DNA from: Candidatus Saccharimonadales bacterium
Lineage (GTDB): Bacteria; Patescibacteriota; Saccharimonadia; Saccharimonadales; SZUA-47
Assembly (NCBI GenBank): GCA_038211855.1
Contig: JBBQVE010000005.1
Span: 33-64,032 of the forward strand
Direction of reading: 5' to 3'
Length of the DNA stretch: 64,000 nt
Position numbers and translations under genes: made by a program. This document shows, one piece after another, positions 46,357-55,296 of this stretch (position 1 is the first letter of the stretch; each line of letters starts with the position of its first letter). Under the pieces are notes generated by a model, which was not told the DNA's origin, searched no databases, and saw only the letters and a list, made by a program, of their open reading frames with translations.

Positions 46357-47034
46357 GTGATATTACTGGACAGGGTAACCAAGACGTACAACCGCAAGGG
46401 AACAGCACTCGAGCGCATCTCGCTTCATGTCGAGCCAAAAGAGTTCGTGATCATCGTCGGCGCCAGCGGTGCTGGCAAAAGTACGCTTCTCAAACTGTTA
46501 ACTCGCGAAGAAAAGCCAACCAGCGGCAAGATTATTGTTGGCGGCATTGATTACGAGCGGCTCAAAGACCGTGATATCCCGTATTTACGTCGTAAGATTG
46601 GCGTGGTTTTTCAGGATTTCAAACTGCTACCAGCCAAAACTGTTTTTGAAAATGTTTCTTTTGCACTCGAGATTATCGGATTGTCTAATCGAGAAATCCG
46701 TCACACTGTGCCAAAAGTACTTGATCTGGTTGGCCTCAAAGGCAAAGAAGACGCCTATCCTGGTGAGCTTTCAGGTGGAGAGCGCCAGCGCGTAGCGATT
46801 GCCCGAGCTGTAGTTCGTCAGCCAAAAATCTTGATTGCCGATGAGCCAACAGGGAATCTCGATCCAAAACATGCTTGGGATGTGATTCGCGTACTTGAGA
46901 AAATTAACAGATACGGTACGACCGTTTTGCTCACCACGCATAACCAAGACATCGTCAATAAGCTCAAACGCCGCGTCGTCACCATCTCCGACGGTCACAT
47001 AGTGAACGACCAAGCCGGAGGCGGTTACAAGTAA
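46357..47034 (+). CDS. ftsE: cell-division ABC ATPase FtsE
   Basis: Walker A GASGAGKSTLLK, signature LSGGERQRVAIARA, Walker B ILIADEPT. The start is probably GTG 46357, 6 nt after TATACT; the ORF track start 46330 is the alternative. Confidence 0.93.
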   Translation: MILLDRVTKTYNRKGTALERISLHVEPKEFVIIVGASGAGKSTLLKLLTREEKPTSGKIIVGGIDYERLKDRDIPYLRRKIGVVFQDFKLLPAKTVFENVSFALEIIGLSNREIRHTVPKVLDLVGLKGKEDAYPGELSGGERQRVAIARAVVRQPKILIADEPTGNLDPKHAWDVIRVLEKINRYGTTVLLTTHNQDIVNKLKRRVVTISDGHIVNDQAGGGYK

Positions 47035-47981
47035 TGAACCATAAGATCATTACGTTCTGGCGGATTGTAAAAGCCGGCGGCAAGAACTTCCTGCGCAATA
47101 ACTGGCTGTCCGTTGCTGCTACTGCCGTCATGATGGTGGCGTTGACGATCATGTTGTCGGCTGTCGTTCTGAACGTCACGACGCGTAATGCCATCAAAGA
47201 ACTTTCTAAGCAAATCAAAGTCACGATTTATTTGAGAGAGGGCGCCAGCGACGACAAGCGCAACGGCCTGATTGCGCGCCTTAAGGCTGAGCCAAGTATT
47301 GCCGATGTGAATTATGTGAACCGCGCCGAAGCCACGCGACGGTTCAAAACAACCCAAAATCCTGACGATAAAGCTTTTATTGAGCAAGCCTTGGCATTGA
47401 CTGGGTCGAATACATTACCAGAGTCACTTGAAGTCTCACTGACGGATCTATCGCATAGCGGTACGGTCGTTTCTATCGCCAAAGAAAAAAACTATAAAGA
47501 TGTCGTCGATGATGTTTCAGTCGGCAAAAACGATGTCGCCAAAGAAACAATTGCGCGGGCGACGAGTGCCCAAAAATACATCGTGCGCGGTAGTGTTTTT
47601 GCGGCTATTTTGTTCGCTGCTGTCTCTGTCCTGATTATCTTTAACACCATCCGTATGGCCATCTTTACGCGTAGTGAAGAAATTAGAATTATGAAGCTAA
47701 TCGGTGCTACGCCGAGCTATATCCGCGGTCCGTTCCTGATCGAGTCATGTATCTACGGTGTCATCGCCGGAGTGCTAGCAAACACGGCGGTGTACGGCGC
47801 GGTTTTGAGCCTCGGACCAAAGGTACAGAATCAGGCTGAGTTTTCTGCAACTTACACGTTCTTCACGACAACTTGGGTGATGGCAGCTATGTTACTTGGA
47901 GCAATCGTCACTGGCATGATCGTCGGCATTGTTTCGAGCCTCCTCGCCATGAACAAATACTTGAAATTGAAGCACTGGTAA
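47034..47981 (+). CDS. ftsX: cell-division permease-like protein FtsX
   Basis: N-terminal TM helix, a periplasmic domain, and a C-terminal 3-TM FtsX fold (RSEEIRIMKLIGAT). Confidence 0.93.
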   Translation: MNHKIITFWRIVKAGGKNFLRNNWLSVAATAVMMVALTIMLSAVVLNVTTRNAIKELSKQIKVTIYLREGASDDKRNGLIARLKAEPSIADVNYVNRAEATRRFKTTQNPDDKAFIEQALALTGSNTLPESLEVSLTDLSHSGTVVSIAKEKNYKDVVDDVSVGKNDVAKETIARATSAQKYIVRGSVFAAILFAAVSVLIIFNTIRMAIFTRSEEIRIMKLIGATPSYIRGPFLIESCIYGVIAGVLANTAVYGAVLSLGPKVQNQAEFSATYTFFTTTWVMAAMLLGAIVTGMIVGIVSSLLAMNKYLKLKHW

Positions 47982-48012
47982 AGAGTCATTTCGCTAGTGG
48001 TATACTAGTTAA

Positions 48013-49125
48013 GTGAAGATAATTCGAAGCCTTCTCCGTACCAGCAGCTTTTTGATTTTGAGCGCTGTATTGGTCGTGATGAGTTTGCACCCGGTCAATG
48101 TGAAGGCGGCGACTTCTGCTGAAATCCGTGCGCAAGTAAGTGTTTTGCAGGATCAGATTAATGCTGGCAAGGCCCAAGCTGTAGCGCTTGCCGCACAGGC
48201 GGATTCATTACAGAAAGCTGTTAATGCACTCAACATCCAGATAAATGACGCCAACGCCCAGATTCAGCAGACGGCCCTTAAAATCGCCGACCTCGAAGCC
48301 AAACTCAAGCAAACCCAGATAGATTTGGATACCCAGACCGGTCTCCTCAAAGACAGCATGGTAGCGCTCTACAAGAAGGGCGGAGCATCAACCGTTGAAC
48401 TGCTGATCGGCAGTGACAGTTTTTCGCAGTTCGTTGACAGCCAAGAGTACTTTACGCGCCTGAAAACCGCCATTCAGGCCTCAACCGAAAAGATTATTAC
48501 CCTCAAACAGCAGCTCCAAGCTCAAGCAGACCAACAACAGGTACTGCTAGATCAAGAACAACAGCAAAAAGCCAGTGTTGAGGCCAATAAAACTGATCGG
48601 CAGAATCTGCTCGACCAAACACAAGGCGACGAAGCTCGATATAAAGCTTTAGTTGCCAATCTGACTGCTCAGCAAGCCGATGCCAACAAACGATTGTTTG
48701 CCCAAATCCAACTCGAAAGCGGCAACGGCAATAATGGCGGCTACCCCTATAATAATTATGCCTTCAGCATGACACCGGGCGGCTGTGGCCCCGGCGAAGG
48801 TCCAGACCGATGGGAATACTGTACTCGTCAATGCGTGAGTTATGCAGCTTGGGCCGTGGAGCGCTCTGGTCGCACCGCACCAGTGGGGTACGGCAATGCT
48901 AAGAACTGGGTCAATGAGGCGCCGGCTGCTTGGCAGCATAATAATCCGAAAGTTGGCGATGTTGGTGTGGCCACAGGTGGTGGTTTTGGTCATGTAGCGT
49001 ACATAGAAGCAATTTATGGTGACGGCACAATGCGTATCAGCCAATATAACGCGCAGCTTACCGGTCGCTATAGCGAAGCAACCGTCTCTACAGGGTTATT
49101 TGATAAGTACATCACGTTCCCCTAA
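48013..49125 (+). CDS. secreted coiled-coil + CHAP-domain peptidoglycan hydrolase (PcsB-like)
   Basis: Signal peptide, about 220 aa of Gln/Ala/Leu-rich coiled coil, and a C-terminal CHAP domain (CTRQCVSYAAWAV...GHVAYIE). It lies directly after ftsEX. Confidence 0.88.
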   Translation: MKIIRSLLRTSSFLILSAVLVVMSLHPVNVKAATSAEIRAQVSVLQDQINAGKAQAVALAAQADSLQKAVNALNIQINDANAQIQQTALKIADLEAKLKQTQIDLDTQTGLLKDSMVALYKKGGASTVELLIGSDSFSQFVDSQEYFTRLKTAIQASTEKIITLKQQLQAQADQQQVLLDQEQQQKASVEANKTDRQNLLDQTQGDEARYKALVANLTAQQADANKRLFAQIQLESGNGNNGGYPYNNYAFSMTPGGCGPGEGPDRWEYCTRQCVSYAAWAVERSGRTAPVGYGNAKNWVNEAPAAWQHNNPKVGDVGVATGGGFGHVAYIEAIYGDGTMRISQYNAQLTGRYSEATVSTGLFDKYITFP

Positions 49126-49191
49126 ATCTATTCTCAGATTTCGGCAAGGGAGGGTTCTATCATGTACAATGAAGCAAATGAGGGGTTTTAA

Positions 49192-50418
49192 GTGTCACAA
49201 AATTTAGAAGATTTTAGTCCAGTAAAATTAAAAAACAAAAAGCTTCAGAAGGGGGCTGCCGTCGCGTCAGTCGCTATTGTTATAGTCCTTATATTTGGGA
49301 GTGGGTGGGCATTTGGCAAGGGAAACATCACGCTTTCGGGCTTGAAGAATGGTAATCTCGCCGCCAACACATCAAGCAGCCTGAATTACGCCAGCGTAAA
49401 TGATCTCTATAATCAGCTAAAAGATAATTACGACGGCACACTCGACAACACAAAAGTCCTTGATGGCCTCAAATCAGGCTTATCAAGTTCCGCAGGCGAT
49501 CCCTATACCGAATATTTCAACGCCAAAGACAGTAAGGCATTTCAGGATCAACTTGATGGCAACTTTGAAGGCATAGGAGCCGAGCTCGGCACCGATTCCA
49601 ACAAGAACGTTCAGATTATCTCACCAATTGCCGGTAGTCCGGCCGAAAAAGCTGGACTGCAGCCAAAAGACATCATTGCCAAAATCGACGGAAAATCGAC
49701 AGAAGGCTTGACGGTTGATGCGGCAGTTGGACTGATTCGTGGCAAAGCTGGAACCGATGTAAAGCTGGAGCTGGTTCGAGCCGGAGCGTTAGTTGATGTC
49801 ACCATTACGCGTGCGCAAATCACCGTTCCAAGTGTCACCTGGAAAGAAGATGGCACGATTGGTATCCTGACGGTGAGCCGATTTGGTGAAGACACACCTT
49901 CACTTGTTGCGAAGGCCGCCACCGAATTTTCCGACAAGAAAGTGACTGGCATCGTGTTAGATCTGCGCAGTGACCCAGGTGGGTTGCTCGATGCTGCGGT
50001 AAAACTGAGTAGTCAGTGGCTTGATGAAGGCAAAACTGTCTTGCTTGAAAAACGCGGTGGCAAAGTGGAGCATACCTATACTGCACTCGGCAATCCGTCG
50101 TTCAAAGGCATCAAAACGGTAGCACTTATCAACGCCGGTAGTGCCAGCGCCAGCGAAATCACAGCCGGTGCATTGCACGACAACAAAGCGGCAACACTCA
50201 TGGGCGTGAAGTCTTATGGCAAGGGAAGCGTTCAGCAGGTACTCACTTTGGCTGGTGGCGGCACCCTCAAAGTCACGATTGCCCGCTGGTACACGCCGAA
50301 CGACATAAATATCGATAAACAAGGTATTAGCCCAGACAAAGAAGTCAAACAAGCCGACGAAGATGCAAAGAACGGCGTCGACACTCAGCTGCAAGCAGCT
50401 CTCAATAATCTCCGTTAA
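49192..50418 (+). CDS. S41 C-terminal processing peptidase (CtpA/Prc-like) with PDZ
   Basis: TM anchor, PDZ (SPAEKAGLQPKDII), DLRSDPGGLL, and GSASASEI (catalytic Ser). GTG start with GAGGGG SD. Confidence 0.9.
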   Translation: MSQNLEDFSPVKLKNKKLQKGAAVASVAIVIVLIFGSGWAFGKGNITLSGLKNGNLAANTSSSLNYASVNDLYNQLKDNYDGTLDNTKVLDGLKSGLSSSAGDPYTEYFNAKDSKAFQDQLDGNFEGIGAELGTDSNKNVQIISPIAGSPAEKAGLQPKDIIAKIDGKSTEGLTVDAAVGLIRGKAGTDVKLELVRAGALVDVTITRAQITVPSVTWKEDGTIGILTVSRFGEDTPSLVAKAATEFSDKKVTGIVLDLRSDPGGLLDAAVKLSSQWLDEGKTVLLEKRGGKVEHTYTALGNPSFKGIKTVALINAGSASASEITAGALHDNKAATLMGVKSYGKGSVQQVLTLAGGGTLKVTIARWYTPNDINIDKQGISPDKEVKQADEDAKNGVDTQLQAALNNLR

Positions 50419-50444
50419 ATGCGTCAGACAAGAGGAGATAAGGC

Positions 50445-50473
50445 TTGCGCTTAGGCACTTTCTGAGCTATGAT
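50445..50473 (+). promoter_or_regulatory. pyrG promoter (TTGCGC-17 nt-TATGAT)
   Basis: Hexamers at 50445-50450 and 50468-50473. SD AAGAGG lies before GTG 50498. Confidence 0.5.
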
Positions 50474-50497
50474 ATATGTTAATTAAGAGGTAACCAC

Positions 50498-52108
50498 GTG
50501 GCACAAGAGCGACGAGCTCCTAAATATGTGTTTGTCACTGGCGGCGTACTCTCAGGCGTCGGCAAGGGTATTACCGCCTCCTCAATTGGTAGAATTCTGA
50601 AAGCCCGTGGGCTCAAAGTCACCATCCAAAAATGTGATCCGTATCTGAACGTTGATGCCGGCACGCTCAATCCAGCCGAACATGGCGAATGTTTTGTGAC
50701 GTTCGATGGTGCCGAAACCGATCTTGATCTCGGTCACTACGAGCGCTTCCTCGACATCGAACTACCGCGCGAAGGCAGCCTCATGAGCGGTCGACTCTTT
50801 CTGAACGTTATCAACGATGAGCGGAACGGTAAGTATATTGGCAAAACGGTGCAGGTTATTCCTCACCTTACGAATGCCATCCAAGAACATATCATGGGGC
50901 TCGCCAATGATTCTGATGTGCACATCGTAGAAATTGGTGGCACTGTCGGTGATTACGAAAGCCCCGCGTTCATTGAAGCGATACGCGAACTCGGTATGAA
51001 AGTCGGCCGTGAAAATTGTGCATATATCCATGTCGTCTATATCCCATACTTAGGCGCCAGCGGAGAATTTAAGACGAAACCGGCCCAAAACGCTGTTCGT
51101 GACCTTCGATCAGTCGGGATCGTTCCAGATATTCTCGTCGCACGTAGCGAAGACATGCCACCACAGGCAGTCGTAAATAAACTGAGTTTATTCAGTGGTG
51201 TCGATCCGAAAGCGATCGTTCTGCTGCCGAACGCCAGCACGATTTATCAGGTGCCAATAACACTCGAGGAACAAGGTATAGGCACCGTGCTGACCGATAT
51301 ATTCGGCATGCCACAGAGTGATGGCGACCTAACAGAGTGGAAGGCAATGCTGGCACGTGCCATGGATAAAGATGCACCGCTCGTTCGCATCGGTATCGTA
51401 GCCAAATACATGAACAACCAGGATACCTACATGTCGGTGTTTGAGGCGCTGAAAAGCGCGGCATGGTCCCGTGGCAAACAGATAGATATCGTGTGGGTAG
51501 ATGCCGAAAAACTGGCAGAAGAAGCAGCAACTGCCGAAGCATTCCTCAAAGGCCTCGACGGCATCGTCGTACCTGGAGGCTTTGGCGCACGTGCCATCGA
51601 AGGTAAAATCAAAGCCGCTATGTATGCTCTGCAGAATAAACTTCCGTATCTTGGATTGTGCCTTGGGTTGCAGATTTCGGTGATTGCGGCCGCGCGACTC
51701 GCTGGTTTAACTGATGCCAATTCAACCGAATTTGATCCTGAAACGAAGAATCCGGTGATTGCCACAATGGATGAACAGGTTGGCAAAGAAAACACCGGAG
51801 GCACGATGCGCCTTGGTAACTACAGGTGTGACCTTGAGCCCGGTTCGCTGGCCGAAAAAGTCTACGGCACCAAAGAGATCGTGGAACGCCACCGTCATCG
51901 CTATGAGTGCAACAACGCCTACAAAGACCAATACGCCGCGTGGGGTCTCAAGGCGAGCGGCATGTCACCAGACGGCAAGCTTGTCGAAATGATTGAAGGC
52001 ACCGATCATCCATTCTTACTGGGCAGCCAGGCGCACCCGGAGTTTAAATCACGTCCCACTGTTCCACACCCAATGTTCGTCGGTCTCATTGACGCAATCA
52101 GCAAATAA
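50498..52108 (+). CDS. pyrG: CTP synthase
   Basis: KYVFVTGGVLSGVGKGI N-terminus, a C-terminal glutamine amidotransferase domain (GLCLGLQ, HRHRYE). Confidence 0.98.
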   Translation: MAQERRAPKYVFVTGGVLSGVGKGITASSIGRILKARGLKVTIQKCDPYLNVDAGTLNPAEHGECFVTFDGAETDLDLGHYERFLDIELPREGSLMSGRLFLNVINDERNGKYIGKTVQVIPHLTNAIQEHIMGLANDSDVHIVEIGGTVGDYESPAFIEAIRELGMKVGRENCAYIHVVYIPYLGASGEFKTKPAQNAVRDLRSVGIVPDILVARSEDMPPQAVVNKLSLFSGVDPKAIVLLPNASTIYQVPITLEEQGIGTVLTDIFGMPQSDGDLTEWKAMLARAMDKDAPLVRIGIVAKYMNNQDTYMSVFEALKSAAWSRGKQIDIVWVDAEKLAEEAATAEAFLKGLDGIVVPGGFGARAIEGKIKAAMYALQNKLPYLGLCLGLQISVIAAARLAGLTDANSTEFDPETKNPVIATMDEQVGKENTGGTMRLGNYRCDLEPGSLAEKVYGTKEIVERHRHRYECNNAYKDQYAAWGLKASGMSPDGKLVEMIEGTDHPFLLGSQAHPEFKSRPTVPHPMFVGLIDAISK

Positions 52109-52124
52109 CGTTAGGATAAGTATT

Positions 52125-52538
52125 ATGGATCCATCAGTTGTTCAACCAACCCCACCAGCCGCCAACGCTATGAAAAAGATTCTTCTTGTAGAGGACGATG
52201 ATGCACTCGCGAGTGTCTATACCACCCGTCTCGATGCTGAAGGTTTTAGTATTCGACGTGTCCCGAATGGCGAAGAAGCACTGCAGGCCACTCTTGAATA
52301 CAAACCAGATCTGATTTTGCTCGATGTTATGATGCCAAAAGTCAGCGGCTTCGATGTCCTCGACATCCTGCGCAACACGCCCGATACTGCTCACATAAAA
52401 GTGATCATGCTCACCGCTCTCAGTCAAGAAAGCGACAAACAGCGCGCCATGGATCTCGGTGTTGATGACTATTTAGTAAAATCCCAAGTTGTTATTGCTG
52501 ACGTCGTCGACAAAATCCGTCAGCACCTCGACATTTAA
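52125..52538 (+). CDS. single-domain response regulator (CheY-like receiver)
   Basis: KILLVEDDD, DLILLDVMMP (canonical phospho-Asp), VIMLTAL, and DDYLVKS. The ORF track start 51993 overlaps pyrG and is rejected. Confidence 0.88.
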   Translation: MDPSVVQPTPPAANAMKKILLVEDDDALASVYTTRLDAEGFSIRRVPNGEEALQATLEYKPDLILLDVMMPKVSGFDVLDILRNTPDTAHIKVIMLTALSQESDKQRAMDLGVDDYLVKSQVVIADVVDKIRQHLDI

Positions 52539-52562
52539 TTATTTTTTGCCCGACCGATTGTG

Positions 52563-52588
52563 GAGCGGCCCAAGAAGGCCGTTTTTTC
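52563..52588 (+). terminator. rho-independent terminator after the receiver gene
   Basis: Stem CGGCC / GGCCG (extendable with G-U and A-U pairs), loop CAAGAA, then TTTTTT. Confidence 0.6.
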
Positions 52589-52610
52589 TACTATAAACGC
52601 TAACACTATA

Positions 52611-52639
52611 TTGACAAATAATAAAACTTATGCTAATGT
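52611..52639 (+). promoter_or_regulatory. consensus promoter cassette B (TTGACA-17 nt-TGC-TAATGT)
   Basis: TTGACA at 52611-52616 and the -10 at 52634-52639 with an upstream TGn. It is a near copy of the cassette at 15085-15114, and the downstream 5'UTR is also similar. Confidence 0.7.
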
Positions 52640-52664
52640 TATATCTGTTAATTAAAAAGCTACT

Positions 52665-53723
52665 ATGTCAGCAGATATTCCCACACCAGCACCAATCGAA
52701 GCCCAGCAAACAGTAGCCCCAGTTGAGGCAACTTTTAACGATCCAAATGCAATTACCCAGCCTCGACTCACACCTGCAGAGCGTCTTGGGTTGGTCGACG
52801 GATTATTCGATGTCACCAGAGGAATTGGCGATAACGCGCGCACTGAACAGGGTTGGCACATCCAGCACGTCGGTATGGCTACAGACAATACTACAGGACA
52901 AGAACGTGAAGAAGTCGTAATTGCCAGAGCGCAGGTTAACGCTGATGGTAGTCCAATCCTAGACGATGATGGGAACGCTATAGATGATGTTAAGTTGATG
53001 TGGGCCGACGTTCTTCTAGATGCACAAGAAAATACAGCCGAAGCACCTAATACAGCCGAAGCACAGGCAATACAGGCCGTTGAAAACGTTGGCTCAGCAG
53101 TTACTTTTAACGAGGTACAGGTCGAACCAGTAAGCGTTGAAACACTCGTTGAACAGCAGGGTGCCGAAGCACCCGAAACACTTCAGGGCGAAGCGCTCAA
53201 AGAAGCCAAGGGACGTTTTGAAGATCTGTTTTCAATTATAAATGACATTGCAAGCAACCCAAATCGTCCAGACCGCGAGCAAATTATCACACAGGCAATA
53301 GAGCTGACTACTCGCATGCCCGCAGAGCTTAAACAAGCATACAATGGCGCGCTGATCGGTCTAATAAGAGAACCGGCACAATTAAGGCATTTGTATGACG
53401 GCCAAATCCGATCACAGCTCGCTGCAGTGCAAGGAATTGATACTCGAGTTTTGAATATGATTGATGGCATCGTTCAAAAAAGAATAGGCTTTCTTCACGC
53501 TGCAGAAAATGACGCCGATCCTGGCTACGCACAACAACTCATTAGACTAATTAATACTGATGCACTGGCTGCAGCCCAACTGACAGAATCGGGAGCAAGC
53601 GATAATGAACATGCAGCAAAAACAGCTGCTGTATTTTTGCGAGGTATTGCCGCTTCAACGTCTACGGGTCAAGGCAGGGCTCAAATAAGAGATCGCTTAC
53701 AAGCTGATTTATTTGGCAAATAG
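52665..53723 (+). CDS. orphan acidic protein (352 aa), unknown function
   Basis: No signal peptide or TM helix. Pro/Ala/Glu-rich N-terminus followed by an Ala/Gln/Leu-rich helical C-terminal half. No recognisable family. Confidence 0.6.
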   Translation: MSADIPTPAPIEAQQTVAPVEATFNDPNAITQPRLTPAERLGLVDGLFDVTRGIGDNARTEQGWHIQHVGMATDNTTGQEREEVVIARAQVNADGSPILDDDGNAIDDVKLMWADVLLDAQENTAEAPNTAEAQAIQAVENVGSAVTFNEVQVEPVSVETLVEQQGAEAPETLQGEALKEAKGRFEDLFSIINDIASNPNRPDREQIITQAIELTTRMPAELKQAYNGALIGLIREPAQLRHLYDGQIRSQLAAVQGIDTRVLNMIDGIVQKRIGFLHAAENDADPGYAQQLIRLINTDALAAAQLTESGASDNEHAAKTAAVFLRGIAASTSTGQGRAQIRDRLQADLFGK

Positions 53724-53726
53724 TTT

Positions 53727-53999
53727 TTAGATAACTTGGACTTCGGTGCGGCGAACGGTTTTGCCGGTGTAGGTCTTCTTGCGGCGAGGGATAAAAGCGA
53801 CGATACCGTCACGGGCGGCGTGGATCGTGTAGTTGCGGCTCATCATGGTGCCTTTGCCAGGAATCTTGGTCATGCCAACTTGGCGAAAAATAACTTGGCC
53901 AACAGAGACTTTTTGGCCGCCGCTCTTTTTGATACCAAGGCGCTGCCCAGGGGAGTCATGTATATTTTTACTGGTTCCGCCGGCTTTGACGTGTGACAT
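53727..53999 (-). CDS. rpmA: 50S ribosomal protein L27
   Basis: MSHVKAGGTSKNIHDSPGQRLGIKKSGGQKV... Confidence 0.96.
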   Translation of the reverse strand: MSHVKAGGTSKNIHDSPGQRLGIKKSGGQKVSVGQVIFRQVGMTKIPGKGTMMSRNYTIHAARDGIVAFIPRRKKTYTGKTVRRTEVQVI

Positions 54000-54002
54000 G
54001 GA

Positions 54003-55190
54003 TTATTCCTTCGTTATTACTACGAGTTCACGGGCGACAAGCTGATTTTCTCGATGGTAAATCATGTCGCTTTTACGAGCGTGAACAAACTTGAATTCAT
54101 TATAGCCTAACTCCTTGAGATGGTCAAGCACCGGTAAGCGTAAAAACGCACCTTTAACGACGCTCCACGCCGGTACTGCTAAACAGAGGCGAGTGCCGCT
54201 TTCTAGCTGCGGGGCGATATTCTCCAGAAACTTCTGGTGGATAGCGTTGGTATTCTCAATAATTTTACGTAGATTCTCAGGGTTTGGTAGGGTAGTTAGT
54301 GGTGCGCCAAGATAGGTTTCACCTGCGACGGCACCAATTGGCTGTTGCCACTTGTGGGTCGTAGCGTCGCCGATCTCGATTCGGACATTCGTATCGACAT
54401 CTTTCCATTTGTTGCGCAGCCAGTGCATGTTGCCAATGGAATATTCGACCATCCGCAGCTCGAGGTCGGTCCCAAAAGAGTCATAGTTCATGAGGCTTGC
54501 TTCTTGCAAGATTACGCCAGTCCCGCAGAAAGGATCTAAAACGGGGCCTTTGAGCTTTGTTGATCCAACGGCGAGGTTGACGATTGTCTGGGCGAGTTTT
54601 GGCGGCAGCATACCCACGCGCGCGTCGCGCATCGGGCGAGCCTGGTCGCGAGCTGCATATTTTTCGATATTCTGAATGTCGGTTGTCTGGCAGAGGTACG
54701 TTGTGCGACCATCGCTTATTACGATGAGTTCCCAATTGCCAGGTTCGGCCAGTTTATTATGTAAGACCTGCGCGCTATTGAGTTCCAGTTCCTTATTGGG
54801 GACGATACGCACTGGGCGACCAGATTTTTTGATCTGTTTCTTCATTTCAAGTAGGCCACGTTCAAGTTCTTTTATGTGCACTTTCACACCGAATAAGCTC
54901 AGACCGATGGTAATTTTTCCTTCGGGCAGGGCAGCAGCGTGGATAGGTGTTTTCTCGAGTAAATAATTACGGATGCCGGTCCAGTCATTCGGTACTTTCG
55001 TGAGCACCTTGCACAGTCGGGTGCTGCCGCCAATTTGATCGAACTTTATCTCTATAGTGGCAACATCCACAAAGACCGCGCCACGGCCATAGGGTTCGAT
55101 CTTATGGCTGCCGTAGAGGCTTTCGAGCTCAGCGAGCCCAAGCACTGGCTGGCGCCCCAAAATAAGCAGTGAAGGAAAAACTGTCTCCAT
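54003..55190 (-). CDS. putative RNA methyltransferase (UPF0020/Trm11-like class I SAM MTase)
   Basis: SAM motif LDPFCGTGVILQEA. Motif IV looks atypical (AGETYLG rather than DPPYG). The start at 55190 lies 9 nt after a minus-strand TATACT; the ORF track start 55271 is the alternative. Confidence 0.6.
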   Translation of the reverse strand: METVFPSLLILGRQPVLGLAELESLYGSHKIEPYGRGAVFVDVATIEIKFDQIGGSTRLCKVLTKVPNDWTGIRNYLLEKTPIHAAALPEGKITIGLSLFGVKVHIKELERGLLEMKKQIKKSGRPVRIVPNKELELNSAQVLHNKLAEPGNWELIVISDGRTTYLCQTTDIQNIEKYAARDQARPMRDARVGMLPPKLAQTIVNLAVGSTKLKGPVLDPFCGTGVILQEASLMNYDSFGTDLELRMVEYSIGNMHWLRNKWKDVDTNVRIEIGDATTHKWQQPIGAVAGETYLGAPLTTLPNPENLRKIIENTNAIHQKFLENIAPQLESGTRLCLAVPAWSVVKGAFLRLPVLDHLKELGYNEFKFVHARKSDMIYHRENQLVARELVVITKE

Positions 55191-55296
55191 ATTCAGTACA
55201 GTATACGGTGTTATCGCTTTCGGCGCATCCCCATAAACAATGCTTGTGTTTAGCTGGGGAGTGGAGTACACTTACACCATAAATAAGGAAACAAAT

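Noticed and set aside
51993-52124. Upstream extension of the receiver-domain ORF (ORF track start 51993) overlapping the last 116 nt of pyrG.
   Set aside because: The extension is out of frame with and inside pyrG, encodes no receiver-domain sequence, and an ATG with an AGGAT motif follows the pyrG stop at 52125. The shorter gene is preferred.
55191-55296. N-terminal extensions of the two divergent genes (ORF track starts 55271 on the minus strand and 55240 on the plus strand), which would make them overlap head to head.
   Set aside because: The plus-strand gene has a strong AAGGAA SD before ATG 55297 and its signal peptide begins there. The minus-strand gene has a TATACT 9 nt upstream of ATG 55190. 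The extensions would overlap each other and carry no domain sequence.
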